Positions 14,190 to 28,390 of a stretch of 64,000 nucleotides of DNA are shown here, one piece after another. Below the pieces are notes generated by a model. That model did not search any database and had not been told where the DNA came from. It was given only the letters and a program-made list of their open reading frames with translations. The translations under genes and the position numbers were made by a program. The stretch is from the NCBI RefSeq assembly GCF_009914755.1, contig NC_060928.1; one strand, 5' to 3'. This DNA is from the human T2T-CHM13v2.0 reference genome, Homo sapiens. Numbering within the stretch: position 1 is the stretch's first letter; each line of letters begins with the position of its first letter.

Positions 14190-14355
14190 GACGAAAAGAT
14201 CTCTGGATTAGCAATTAGGTCATTTGGGTTTTTGTCCTGGTTTTGCCATGAAATAGTTGTGTAATTTTCAACAAGTTTCTTAATCTCTGGGCTCCTGATT
14301 CTTTCCTAAAACTAGACAATCTCCAAAGTCTCTTTCGACTCTAGAATTTTATGAC
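14190..14355 (+). mobile_element. MIR3/MIR
   Basis: gtcctggttttgccat...caacaagtttcttaatctctggg...ctagacaatctccaaagtc...ctctagaattttatga. Confidence 0.6.
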
Positions 14356-15422
14356 AAATATGATTTAGAGACTGCTAGTTGTTAGCTATGACTCTGGTTG
14401 CAAGTATCATAGTGTCTCTAGCCATAAAACATCCAACTTTCTTCCTTGAAAGGGTGGGTGTATCTTCCTTGGAAGGCTGGATGTATCTACCTGCCATTTT
14501 CTCAGCCCTTCCTAATATGCAAATAACCACTGAACCAAATGCATACAAGACCTTTTGCCTGGAAAATGCCTCACTAACAGGAGAGCTGGGATGTTGTTCC
14601 CAGTATGGTCAGGTTAAATAGACTGCCACCAGATCTAACAGCTGGGCTGGCTACTTCCAGGCAGCCTGCCAGCATGTGAGGACAGGGGCACATTGGCTGG
14701 CACTACGATCTCTACAGAACATGATCTCACCTCTGCTCACTTTGTCTCCTTAGGCCCTCGAGGCCCGAGCAGCTGTGAGACTGTGTCCTGGTCACCGAGA
14801 GAAGTGGCCTCCTCTCCATGGAGATGGCTCTGAGATATTGCCCCCTAAAGCTAATTGAGGTTCCGTGATAGATTTGTTTTCTGTTTCTACCTTTAACAGC
14901 CTCACTGAGCTCAGCCCTGGACAGCACAAATGGTTTTTGTCTCCTATTCTACCGAATTGAGTAGTTCTCAACAAGGAAAGATCTATTTCTACCTTTCCAA
15001 CACCAAATCTAACCCACTGTGCTGTTTGCCTTTTAGCTGGGGCTTCTTAAAAATAGCATTTTGGAGAATTAGACTGAGGATGGTGAAAGAGAATGCTGCT
15101 TCTCCACTAGAGAATCAATAGTCTTTTATCCCTAAAGATGAAACTACTGTTATGCTAGGTAGTTTGAACTAGAAATCATGGGATTTCAGGGTTGGGTAGG
15201 ATGTCAATATCACATTATCCAAATAAATTTCCATATCTTAGTTCACATTAACATATTAATATATAACCTGCCCCAGTTCCTGCCGACCAATCCAGTTTAT
15301 AAACATAGTCCTTTAATCTATTAATCAATAAAAATGTACTGAACATCTGTGCCCCATTTAATATTGGATAACAAGATAGAATGTAATATGATTCTAAAGT
15401 AGTTTTTAGAGTTAGAAATGCC

Positions 15423-15765
<343 letters not shown>

Positions 15766-15805
15766 CAAATGACAGAATAATATTCAGTCTCATTAAAACC
15801 CAGTC

Positions 15806-16130
15806 AAGCCTGTAATCCCAGGACTTTGAGAGGCCGAGGTGGGAAGATCGCTTGCTTGAGCCTAGGAGTTTGACATTAGCCTGGCAACACAGCGAAACCC
15901 TTTCTCTATTAAAAAACTAAAATTAGCCACCAGGCATGGTGGCCCACGCCTGTAGTCCCAGCTACCGGGTGGGGTAGGTGCTACGGTAGAAAGATTACAT
16001 GAGCCCAGGAGGCAGAGGTTGCAGTGAGCTGAGATTATGCCACTGCACTCCAGCCTGGGCGACGAGTGAGACCTTGTCTCAAAACAAACAAAACAAAACA
16101 AACAAACAAACAAACAAACACAAAAAAACC
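15806..16130 (+). mobile_element. AluJ, slightly 5'-truncated, (AAAC)n tail
   Basis: Starts at gcctgtaatcccag and has J-type features. Confidence 0.9.
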
Positions 16131-17554
16131 ACAAAGGGTGTTAAGCACAAAGTTAAGAGACAAAACTTCTCATTTCTCTTGTGCTTTTGGTGAGTTTGGA
16201 TGGGTGTGAGTATTAGTGGATACATGCTATGTGTTTTGGTATCCAAGCAAACTATTGTGTTCTCTGAGCTTAGTGTTATATGTGGCATAGGAATGTAGGA
16301 TCCAAGAGGATGAGGAGATGATGTCCTATATGCATTTAAGATATGAAAATTCAATATATATTTCTCTCAGTACATAAGGAGAACTCATTTAATGGTGCTG
16401 GTGATTCTGCCATTTCAGTCACTGAGGTTATGTTTGGGATATGTAGCAGTTTACCACATACAGCACTATTCATGAGTAGAAATGTGGCTTTGTTTTTCTA
16501 TAACTGAACACAACTTAGCTCTCAAGCCTCCATTTCTAGTAGGCAATGTAAAAATATTATTTCAAAATAACTCAGGCACTTCTAGTTTAATATTTAGTCT
16601 CTTTGGGTACACATTTGGGCACTACGGGTTTCTTCCCACCCTCCTGAGTTTCTTCACAGGGGAGACTCAACATATCTGTTGCGCTCTGCTTGCTCTCCTC
16701 TGGTCTGTGCTGACCTCAGTTGAGGTAGGACTTCTCTCTAGTTTGTGGGCACTGTGACACCATCCCACTGCTGATGGTTGGCCATTCAGGCTCCAAGTCC
16801 ACACTCTACACACTGCCCTTGACCCAACCCAGGCCTCTTCTGGTCTAGTGGTCCCTTCAGGATGTCTGAATCCTCCTTGGAAAGCTCAGGAACCCTCAGC
16901 TACCTTTCTTCACTACAAGGAGGGAGTAGAAGGGCAGGTGGTGGCTTAAAGGCCCATCCTCATATGATGCAAGGGATGCCCTTGACTCAGTGGTTCAGAG
17001 CTGCAGGGCCATTAGAATTACCAGATGCAAACGTAATTCATCAGTTACTATTTCAGAATATTCTACACATCAGTCTGTTGTACTGTCATTCTGACCCAGT
17101 TTATTAGATACAGAATGCAATCCTAGCATTTTAAAGGCATGTTTTTATCAACAATATTGCCTCTAAATGCAAGTCAACCGTTTAATCTAGTGCCTAACCA
17201 AAGCTAGAAGAAATGATGGCTGAGTTTGATTTACCTAGACATGGTGTGTGTTGGTTTCCAGCAGGGTACCTGCATAACTGAATTTCAAAGCTACTTGTGC
17301 TTATTCATGATTTTCACCTTATATTCTGATTTTATAATCTAGGCCTTTCAAAGAATGACTCCATATAACTTTTTTCTGCTCTTTTTTTTTTCCTGCTCTG
17401 TGCTCAATGATATGATTGTTCAAATAAGGTACAGTGCCTAAAAGAGAACTAATAAAAACAAAATTCTTACAGCATTGCCAGAATCAGAGTTTTTCTGCGG
17501 GAGTTTTAAAAACCCCACTTAAGAAGACCAAGAAGATGTAGCATATACCTGTGG

Positions 17555-17660
17555 GTGGACAAGGACCTTATCTTCCTTTGAACCTCTAGGACATAGCATT
17601 GTACTTAGCACATATTATGTGTTCAACATATTTGTTGAAAAAAATGAATAAGCAAATTAA
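17555..17660 (+). mobile_element. L2 3' end fragment
   Basis: gtacttagcacatattatgtgttcaacatatttgttgaa. Confidence 0.6.
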
Positions 17661-18536
17661 CAAACCTCCAAACAGCAATTTCTATCAATGAGACATAGAA
17701 TGTACTGGTTACTGAAATGAAATAGTTCAATTTGAGCAAAGCTAGTGGGCTTCCATGGGAGCTGCTTATTGTAGAGTCTCAGTATCAGAGATACTGACTT
17801 GTAGGCTAACTTGATTACAAAAGAAAAAAAATGGAAATAGCATATCTTGTAGATTCTGTGGATTGGACTGCCTCTGTGAGTTTGCAAGGCGGGCAAACTC
17901 ACGTGATGTTCAGCCATTCTATTTCGCGTTAAGGAATTACACTTACTTCATACAGAGGATGTTGCGGTGCCCATTAGAATTTCAGCCAACTCTACCCACA
18001 GAAACACAGACACAATTCTTAGAAATGGTCTCTCAAAAGCCCAAGGTGTGAGTGGCCCTCTTTAAGCTCTCATTCTGTGCTTATATGCCGGGTGTTTTTT
18101 AAAGGCCTATGTGTTTGGTCTCCTGATCACAAAGACTTGAGGCAGCAAACCCCAGAGGGGTAGGGAAGGCTGCTGAGGCGAGCACTCAGGCCGCAGCAGA
18201 GACGACGGCTTCTGGACGCTGCTGAAGGAAGAGGCAGCAAAACTCTCACACATAGAACCACACCCCACGTGTGGTGGACAGTTGCCCTAGCCCAGCTTCC
18301 TTTCCTTTGGAGGCCACCCTGCTCCTTCTCCATGTGGCTCTGGTGTCATCACTCCAAGCATAATGTCCTCAAACCCAGCCACCATGAGAGTGAGTGGAGA
18401 AGTGATGCACAGCCTTCCTTGAAATGGGGGAGCACGAGCTGGGAGGGGCTCCCAAATGTGACCAGGCTGGAAGGGGGAATGTGTGGCTGCGGAAGGCTCT
18501 TCTCTAGCACATGGAGAGAGGCACATTTGGAGGTTC

Positions 18537-18912
18537 TTTTTTTTCTTAAAATAAAAATGGTATACATGTAAGGTGTGCTATGTGATGTTTTGATACACAT
18601 ACACATTGTGTAATGATTACCACGGTCAACTAACATGTCCGTCACCTCAAAGTTACCATATTTGTGTGTGTGTGGATGAGAATACTTAGGATCTACTCTC
18701 TCAGCAAATTTCAAGTATACAATGCAGAATTATTAACTGCAGTCACCATGCTGTACATTAGATCTGCAGACCGTTTTCATCCTACATAGATGAGATGTTT
18801 TACCTCTTGACTAACAACTCCCCATTTCTCCCAGCCCCTGACAAACACTGTTCTATGCTCTGCCTCTATAAGTTCAGCTTGTTTAGATTGCACCTGTGAC
18901 AGCAGGCAGTAT
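18537..18912 (-). mobile_element. L1MA8/9-like 3' end
   Basis: cagcaaatttcaagtatacaat...gtcaccatgctgtacattagatct is characteristic of the L1MA 3'UTR in antisense. Confidence 0.85.
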
Positions 18913-19199
18913 TGGAAGTTCTTTATGACAAGTGACAATGAGAGTTAGAAAAAGTGTCTGGTGTTACCAGGCTGGTGCCGTCCTTTGGCCCTGGTTCCTG
19001 TTCACCAGCTGAAATAAAAACTGGGACTGCTTATGTTTTTTCCCCAGGCAGTTTGCAGTAGCTCTTGAGAGTTACACCTAATGGCCTGTATGGCTCTGGC
19101 TTCAGGCCCCTAGTTAACCTGGTCCCCAGAGGTGCTGTGCCCACCCTGGGGGCGCCTGCCTCTCCTCTGGCCCTCCTCCTATCTCTGGCCATTCTCTGC

Positions 19200-19620
19200 T
19201 CTCTCTAAATCCCATGCCTAGAACAACCTGCTCCCCGCTCCTTCTACCATGGCCTTCCTGCCTACCCAGGTTCCAGAATTTTCTCATGATGCTCTTAGTC
19301 CTCATCTGTTTCTCTCTTTCTTTAACTTCCTTTACCTCAAGATTAGCAGCTTGTCATATAACCCCTCCTTTCCCTGTCACTCCCTAACCTGTTACCCCTT
19401 CTGTGTTTTTCTTTGTAACACTTAGCATGCCTTGACGTACTATCCATGTGTATATGTGTGTATATACACATACTCTTGGGCTTTTCTATTTATTGTTCTT
19501 TTGCCCACTAGAATGTCAGCTCCACAAGGGCAGGGACTTTTGTTCACTGCTATATCCCAGCACCTAGAATAGTAACCTGGCAAATGATGATGCCCAGTAG
19601 GTATTTGTGAAATGAATCTG
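19200..19620 (+). mobile_element. L2a 3' fragment
   Basis: ccactagaatgtcagctccacaagggcagggactt...cccagcacctagaatagt. Confidence 0.8.
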
Positions 19621-20214
19621 TGCTGTGCTGCTCTCTAAGGTGTGTCTTGTTTGGTGTTTCATCTTTGGAGACTCTGTAACAATGGGTTTGTGTTGTTTGG
19701 ATAACACAAAAGTCAATCCACCTACGTCTTAACTGTGCCCCTCAGCTAATTGTTGACTTGAAAGCAGAGGTCAGTTCTTACTCATTTTTGCATCCTAGCA
19801 GCTCCTCATACATACAGTTCCTTCTTATATTAGACCCTATAATGAGTTTGCTGAATCTCCTGGGTGTTTGAAATCTCTCCAACTGGCCTTCATGTAGGCT
19901 ACAAACAGAGGATTGCCTTGTAATTCTTGTGTGTATTTAAAGGCACCATGCAAACAGAGAGTTGCTCAGAAAAGCATCCTGACTTGCTGGAATGATGTAA
20001 ATACACAAACCAAGGCATTACACACCATGCAAGGCTCAGTGCATGGCAATAGATTCAGATACACAGAAGACCGTCAGAGAAGGTGACTGGTTCCTCTTCC
20101 TCTGCAGCATGAGGCCTGAGATGTCGTGAAGACCAGACACCTCAGCAGGTTTGAACTCAGCCACCGGAGTGCACAGCCATTTCAGATTCGTTTCTCTCAC
20201 GTCTCCAACAACAA

Positions 20215-20465
20215 AATACTAACAACCACCAACTGCTGTTGAGCACACACTATGGTGCCAGGAACTGATTTAGTGCTTTGCATACATTTTCTCAATTAAT
20301 CCTAACTGGAGGCACGGACTATTATTATCTCCGCTTTTCAAAAGTGGAAACACCGGCACAGAGAGATTAAGCAACTTGCCCAAGGTCACACAGTGAGTAA
20401 TTGGTAGGGCTTGGGTTCATACCCTGGCCAACTGCTCTAGAGCCTGAACTCTTAATCTCTTTGCT
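20215..20465 (-). mobile_element. MIR/MIRb
   Basis: gcacagagagattaagcaacttgcccaaggtcacacag. Confidence 0.88.
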
Positions 20466-22479
20466 CTGCTGCTGCCGTGTTATGTGGTTAACACTTCCAG
20501 TGACAGAGGCTGTAGTAGCTAGGTTGGCATCTGTTTAATGTCTAACCCATAATGGTGATTGTATAATATGACTAAAAATTTTTTAAAAATCGAGCCTGTA
20601 ATTGAGGGCCTCTTTAGCTACAGTGTGCAGAAAACACAGGCTGCAGGGCTCTACCTGAGTCCCATGCTCTCATGATCCAAATTTCCAAAACAAGGCTAGG
20701 CCTATCGATGTTTGAAATCTGCTTCTCAGTTCTGCGTTTGTGATTTTACAATGACTTCCGCATTCATTAGCATCCCATTAATGGGCCAGTGTATGGGAAC
20801 AGTTGTACTATGAAGGGAGGGGATTTTTTTTTCTTTTCTTTTCCGTTAAAACCACAGGTCTACAGAATGAAAATGCTAAATCTAATGAGTGTAACCTGGA
20901 AAGTAATTTCATGGGCTGTAGTACTTTCATGGCAATAATTCTTGGATGTCAAAAGGATAAGGACACAGTTTTCTGCTTCTAATTTTATTCTTAAAAAATG
21001 ATGGTATTGAGCTATCCATGGAGTGCTCCTGTAGATTAATTCCAGTTTTTCTTTTATAGAGGAGATTTAAGGGAAGTCTTAATCTGCTTTATATTTAACT
21101 CTTATCTCCACACTGTGAATTAAAAATAGAATGCTGGACTGTAGCCTCACCTCCTGGACTCTCTGAGGGCTCAGGTTACTCCAGCATAAGGCTGGGCTGC
21201 GAGCTGCTCCAGGTCTCTGGCTTGGTGCCCCTCCCGGACTTTCCAAACAGCTGCCTCTTTCTAAATTTTTATCCAAGAGCCACACATTAACCTGTCTAAA
21301 GTGAGCAGTCCTTATTCTGTGATTCTTAAATAACATTTAGCATTTTCCTCAGGTAATTTTCATTTTTCGTGAAACTTAGTGAGTTCTGAATCCTTCCAGA
21401 AGCTAGTTTCAAAAACTGAGTCCTGTAGTCGAGTTCTCCTAAGTCCATGCGTGAGGTGGAGTGAAAGCTAAAGAGCCTTTCCTCTTTTTTTCTCTTCATC
21501 TGGTAAAAATTTGCTCTGGAGTACGTCCCCTGATTTCCCTTCTCCTCTCTCCCACTCTTCTCCCTTCCTTTTCCCATTTCCGCACCTTTTCCTAATCCTC
21601 TTTCCCATTCCCTGTGTGTATCTCTTCCTTCCCCAAGCCTGTGTCTGAGACAGCTGGAAAGGACAGGAAGAGTTTGGGTGTGGGGAGGAGCCGGAGCCAG
21701 GGCCGCTCCTTCTCACCCACTCACCCCATTTCCAACCTGGAGCTTCAGAAATACAATCGAGGGTCAAATTCAGTAACTAATCATTGGGTCGGTCCAGACC
21801 AAAAGAGGTAAGAAATCCCTATGGAAATGTCTACTATGGCTTTGGGTTTCTGGTTTTTCCAGCCGGGCAAAGGTTGCACATCTGGTGAATCTTGCCTGTC
21901 TGGTCCAAGTGCAGGGAGAAAGGGAACCACGTGGTAAGCACAGCAGCAGAGGCACTCTGTAGATTCCGTCCTGCCTTCAGTGTAGACACACGTCCTCCAG
22001 CTCTTTTTCCTCCTTCGTCTTGCCCCACTAGCAAGTTTCAGTTCTAAAGTCTTAACCAAAAGGAGGCTATTTTACGTGCTGTTAATTGCAAAAAATTGCC
22101 ATTTCTGGGGAAGCCTTTGTATTTTTCACCACCACAATCATGAGAGCAATGATAGTGACCACTTACTGAGTGGGCTGGACTGTGGGGGTGCTGAATGTAT
22201 ATTCAAAGAAAACAGAGCCCCTCAAAAATGTGGGGCCACCCACCCCGTTGGCCAAATGGCAACATCCTCCAGGATGATGCTTTTGAAACTGTGGCGTGTT
22301 GAGTGAGTTTCACTGAACATGAGATCAATTTAGTTGTGAAGACTGACGTTTTGAAAAATAAACTAGAAAAGAATGGGATGGAACAAAACAGAAAACTATC
22401 AGAGGATTTGGATGTGATAGGAGTATTATTTTGTGAAACTTTGGTCTTGGTTAAATACACACATCTCAGTCTGTCTACA

Positions 22480-22850
22480 GTGGAGAGTCTGATGGTGCTT
22501 ACCAGGACCTGTGGGCTCCTCTACCTCTCCCAGCCTCGACAACCGGCCATGTGACTGAGACCCTGTTGATAGAGTATGTCTGGAGGGATATATGCCACTT
22601 TCAGATATGGCCCTTAAAACCCTCCCACACAGGCTCCTCCATGCTTTCTTCTTCCCGTATGCCACTAGATGACACCGGGACAATCTTGAAGCCACATGAT
22701 CTCAGAGGCACATGTGGAAGCAGCCTGGATCCTGAGCCATTATTTGGAGGAATGTCACCCAAATGGAGTCACCTGGCCAGGGACATCAGCTTTGGATTTT
22801 GTGTAAATGAAAAATAAATGTCTATTTGGTTAAGCCAGATTGTTTTACCT
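22480..22850 (+). mobile_element. MaLR LTR (MLT1J-like)
   Basis: gccatgtgact...cttgaagccacatg...gcagcctggatcctgag...aaataaa...ttaagcca. Confidence 0.7.
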
Positions 22851-22981
22851 GCCTTGTGCACACGTTTGTGCTTGTGGGTGTGTGCATGCCTATGTGTGGG
22901 TGTGTGCATGTGGCTTATGCCACAACATATATTTCTTAATGCAGATTTTAGTCAAAAACATGTGAAAGCAAGTGTTTTGGA

Positions 22982-23168
22982 CAGTGTGTTTCAAAATGTG
23001 GTCCCAAATCAATTGCAATAGAATCGCTTGGGATACTCATTAGAAATGCAGATTTCTGGACCCTACTGAGATCTACTGAGTCAGGATCTTGGTCCTGGGG
23101 CCTAGGAATGTTTAAGATTTTTAACAAACTCCATGAACCTTATAAACATTAAAGTTCAAAAACTACTT
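22982..23168 (+). mobile_element. MER5A-like hAT DNA transposon
   Basis: cagtgtgtttcaaaatgtggtccc...ttagaaatgcagatttctgg...taaagttcaaaaactact. Confidence 0.8.
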
Positions 23169-23902
23169 TGGTCCTGGCATTGGTAGAAATGTTTTCTTGG
23201 CAACCCTGGGGCTGGTTAAATCTAACAAGCATTGTATCTATTTTCCCTTTTTTTTTTTTTTTTTTGGTCATTGTCCAAAGTGCGAGTCTCTCCTTATTCC
23301 CCACTCCACCTATACTCTATATAATTTCATCATAACAGTACAGTGTCATGATTCACATACACCTTTTCTCAGAATACCTCCCAATTATCTTCCTCTTCCT
23401 AAGCTTTTACTGCCTTTGAAAAGGCCTGTTGCATAATTAACAAATGCCCCTATCCCTACAATCTTTTCCCTAACCATTTTCTTAATCTTCTGACTCTCTC
23501 CAAGTTACCTGTTCTGCTCCTCTCTCAAGTGGGAGCTGCTCATTTTTCATTTTATGCACTCTTGTCAGAGTTGGCAAGTGGGTCAGATTTCTTCCTTAGT
23601 ACCCACTGCTGCTTCCCAGCCAGGACTCTCCTACCCTTTTGGATAGGGCTGTATCAATTAGAATGCTTGTGGCTGCAGGTAACAGAATATCCAACCAGAA
23701 GAGCCATAAACAATAAAGACATTTATTATCTTACATGATAAGAAGTCAAAAGGTTGAGTGATATGTGGCTAATTCAACAGGTCTTTCCATTTTTCCACTC
23801 TGTCTTCTCCAGGATATTGTATTTAATTTTATCCTCAGGTTTGTGTCCTCATGGTTTCAAGATAGCTGCTGCCACTCCAGTCATCAAATCCCTCACTGCT
23901 AC

Positions 23903-24164
23903 ATCTGAATTAGTTTCCTATGGCTTCCGTAACAAATATCACAAACTTGGTTCTTAAAACAACAAAAATTTATTCTCTCACTGGTCTAGAAGCCAGAGGT
24001 TTGATGTGTCACTGGGCTGACATCAAAGTGTTAGCAGGGCTCTTCTCCCTCTGAAGGCTCTAGTGGAGAATCTGTTTCTTGCCTCTTCCAGATTCTGATA
24101 GCTGCCAGCATTCTTTGGCTTGTGGCCACATCACTCCAATCTCTGACTCCACCTTCACATTACC

Positions 24165-24220
<56 letters not shown>

Positions 24221-24438
24221 TTCTCTCTGTCTATATCAAATCTCCCTCTACCCCTTTCTTAAAAGGTCACTTTGTGACTGCATTTAGGGCCCACCTGGAC
24301 AATTCAGGATATTCTCCCTATCTCAGGATCCTAAACTTAATCATATCTGCAAAGACCCTTTTCCCATACAAGGTAACATTTACAGGTTCCAGGGATTAGC
24401 ACCTGATATCTCTCAGGGGAATTATTCAACCTGCTATA
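23903..24438 (-). mobile_element. MLT1C/D-like MaLR LTR
   Basis: attagtttcctatggcttccgtaacaaat...ctgaaggctctagtggagaatc...atctgcaaagaccctttt...aggttccagggattag. Confidence 0.85.
24167..24218. repeat. (TG)26 microsatellite
   Basis: Pure TG run inside the MLT1 LTR. Confidence 0.97.
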
Positions 24439-24654
24439 ATGTCAAAACTGGAAAGTGCAATTTCTCCTCACCTACAATTTCCTAACAAGGAGGAAAATCT
24501 TTCCCCGAAGCCCCCATCTTATTGCCCCCTAGTCCTGTTGGCTAGGGTTGGGTCATGAGCTCATACATGTGATCTCCATGGGGAAGGAAGGCTCTATCAG
24601 CAAGAAAAATGATGAAAGGATGAGGTTAAAAATCACCAACATCTGCCTCAGGAT

Positions 24655-25300
24655 TCCTGCTCCTTGAAGGCCCAGGTCATCAGGCCAAGCCCCCACTGCC
24701 CTTCCATGATGTTCTTCTCTTTTGGTTTTCTGTTCACTCCTCCTCAGTCGTTGAAGCCTGGCATTTGTTTCATATTCTTTCTATCTGACCCATCTAACCA
24801 CTGAGCACTCAGTTCTCTGACCTCCTCATCTTCCAGTGATCTTCCATACCCCATCTCCGCCTTCCATTCTCACAGCTTCACCCTAGACCTGGACATCCCC
24901 CCTGAGATAACAAGTACAGATGACTGCCCTCCGGCTACATCCCCCTCCCTCCAGCTTACTCTGTTGCTCCCATCACTCCTCCTCTTTCCTTTCTGCCCAT
25001 CCACCAACCACTTTTGTCTTCAGTTTCCTCCTATCCAGAACATATTACTTATATTCTAAATTCCCTTGACCCTTGATCCTTCCACTGAAGTTATCTAGCA
25101 AAACCCCAATTCTGGACGAACCCCACTATTTGCTCAAACTTTTTCATTGTCTGAATTCCCACCTCTCCCCTCAGGGCAGATAACTTTACTTCATATTTCA
25201 CAATTAAAGCAGAAGACATCTGATAGAAACTCCTCAACTTTCCACCACTAAATATATTTGCCTATGTACTGGGACTTTTAACCTTTCATCCTTGTTACAA
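24655..25300 (+). mobile_element. L2 internal fragment
   Basis: Pyrimidine-rich; cagttctctgacctcctc...caccctagacct and gcaaaaccccaa are typical of L2 ORF2. Confidence 0.55.
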
Positions 25301-25505
25301 TGAAGTGGAACTCTGTGTACTTCTGCCTTTAATGGACGTCTGCTTCTACTGACGACTCCAGAAGATTCCATGTTCCACTTTCCTTTCCCAATTCCTGGCT
25401 TTTCTCTCCCAGGCAGAGGTGTCAGGAGTTTGGGGGCAGGTTGGTATGAAAAGGAGAAAAGGTACTCCCATTACCCAGACCTAATTCTACTTCATTTTTG
25501 GTACC

Positions 25506-26115
<610 letters not shown>

Positions 26116-26489
26116 TGGTACTATTCTTGTCATCCTCTCTCCCCTTATTTTTCTTGCCTTTTCTTCTCTTGTGCTTTTGTTTCTATGCTTCTTTCATCTT
26201 GGTTCGAAGTTGATCCAGATTAGAAAAGACACTCAAACTGTATATCAACGTCATCAAGCGTTTTTTCCCTGTCTCTCATGTTTTCTTTCTGGAAGGAAAA
26301 TGTTAAAAATAAAGAGTACTTTGTTGTTTCATAGCCTTCCATAGGGGCACGGGAAACATCTTGAGGGGAAATATAATCTGATCATTTGTCTCAGGGTCTG
26401 AGTTGAACACAGAAGTGGTTCCTATGGGTGGGTGATTTACTTGCCCCCACCCACTCACCTTTCGCCCTTGTTCCACTTTGCTGCCCAAG

Positions 26490-27110
26490 AGGCACGTCTG
26501 ATTGTTTATTCTCCTGCTGAAAACTTCTCAGTGGCTCCTTTCCAACTTTACCTTTCACCTCGGCTCTGCTGCACACCCTGTGCTTCCAGGGACCTTGGAT
26601 CGCTTACAGTCACCTGGGCTGTTGCATACTTCTGTGGTTTCTTCAGGTTGTTCTTTTCTGGACTGACCTCCCACCCTGTTCTAGCTAATACTTATCCACC
26701 TTCAAGGTTCAGCTCAAGAATCTCCTTATCTTTTAAGAAGTTTTTCTCCCCATCACCTTCCTTCTCCAAACTGACCTTTGCCTTCATTTTGTCCTCCTCT
26801 AAAAATACCTCATGTGTCACATTTTGTTTTACATGCTTGTATCCTTTTAAAATTGTTTTACATATTTGTATCCTTTTACTTGACCATAAGCTCACTGAAG
26901 GCAGGCATTGTGCTTATTCATTCTTTCACTGCCCAAGTAATTCACAGACACTTTCTTTTTGTAAAAGAATCAATTAGTATAGAAATAAAATATGAAAGTC
27001 TGTCTCTCCTCCCCTATATTATTCATATTTGAACCTTCAGTGTCTAATTTAGTGTCTGGAACACAGAAGTCCCCACAACTGTTTCTTGAATGAGTGAATG
27101 AATGAATGAA
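26490..27110 (+). mobile_element. L2 3' fragments
   Basis: cttgaccataagctcactgaaggcagg; ends in gaatgagtgaatgaatgaatgaa. Confidence 0.7.
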
Positions 27111-28169
27111 TATCCCTCTAAGGTGGTTGTCTTCCACCAGTGACACAGCTGATCATAAATCTGAGTTTAAACACCCATTCACCGCTTGTGTTTCCTCAGT
27201 GCAAGGTTATACCACATATGCGCTCTCTTGTGATTTATTTTTGCTAACTCACTGTCTGGGTCTTCAGTCTCCTCTAGGTCCTGTTTACTTTGAGTACTCA
27301 AAGCTCTGCTCCTCTGTTGGAGCAGTTTACATTTGGAGGAAGTTTTCCCACTGCCTGTGCAGTGTAAATTGGTTTCTAAACAATCTTGCCCACAGTCTCC
27401 ATTAATATTGTACTGGAGAGCAAGGCAGGATACAATATTCAAAGTAGCAGGAGTTACTTTTTAGGATGATTGAATATGATGAAGGAGCCAAGGACAAAGG
27501 GTAATTTATTCTAAAGAAAGTCAACACCTTTGCTTTGCACTAGCTCTTGCAGTTAAAAAATAGGGCTGGTAATTGGACTTGCTTTATGAAAATCTCATTA
27601 GCATTAGCATATAACTAAAATGCACAGCTCCATAGTTAATTGCAATCCTGCACTGCGGTTAACAACTACAGTGATGACATTTGCATATTGCACATAAAAT
27701 TAAAAATGCATGTCAGATAGGTGCTCTTTCAGGAAAAAAAAATCCTTGAATAACATTGCATTCACTACAATAATTGGAAAGATTTTGAATTTGAATGGAA
27801 ATTATATGTATAGTATGAGCTTTAGAAAGACAGAGGAGCCTGATCAAAGAGGAGGGGAAACTAAATCTGAAACACTGCATAGTCAAAACTCTAGCAGCTG
27901 GGATCTTCTTCAAGGGCAGGGACATGTAATACTGAACTGTGCGTGCTTTGTGTAAATGTAACCCTTTCATCCAAAAGTCTCATTTCACTGCACAGGCGTC
28001 AGTCTCATGTTGGTGCTCTTCCTCTAGACTGTAAGCTCCTTGAGATCATGGACTTGATCTTTTTAAACCTTTGTATCCCACAATGCTCACTATGTAACAG
28101 ACGTTCAATTATTTGTAGACGTGAACCAACTCAAGCCCCCTGTAACTGAATCCGATAGACACAAGAGGC

Positions 28170-28390
28170 TGTGTGGTGAAGGGTTAAGAGTGGGATGTTT
28201 TCATGTCTCCCTGAACCCTGGCTCTACCACTTACCTTGATTCAGTTACTTTAACTTCCCTAAGCCTCGGTTTCCTTCTCTGGAAATGGTTTCTGCCTTAT
28301 AAGCTTTTTGAAAAGATTCGGAAAGATAACACATGTGAAGCACTTAGCCCAGCACAGTGCCTGGCATATCGCAAGGGCTGTTAGTCCAGC
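28170..28390 (+). mobile_element. MIR
   Basis: ccctggctctaccacttac...aagcctcggtttcctt...catgtgaagcacttag...cacagtgcctggcat. Confidence 0.85.

Larger units (their letters stand above)
23650..24650 (-). mobile_element. Old MaLR LTR (MLT1K/L-like) split by a younger MLT1
   Basis: tgtatcaattagaatgcttgtggctgcaggtaacaga...caagatagctgctgcc; resumes at about 24440 and runs to atctgcctca. Confidence 0.7.

Noticed and set aside
19139-19157. Second CTCF-like site cccaccctgggggcgcc
   Set aside because: It has three mismatches in the 5' half of the core, including the conserved AG.
20774-20785. 12-bp palindrome cccattaatggg
   Set aside because: Palindromes of this length are expected by chance several times in 64 kb.
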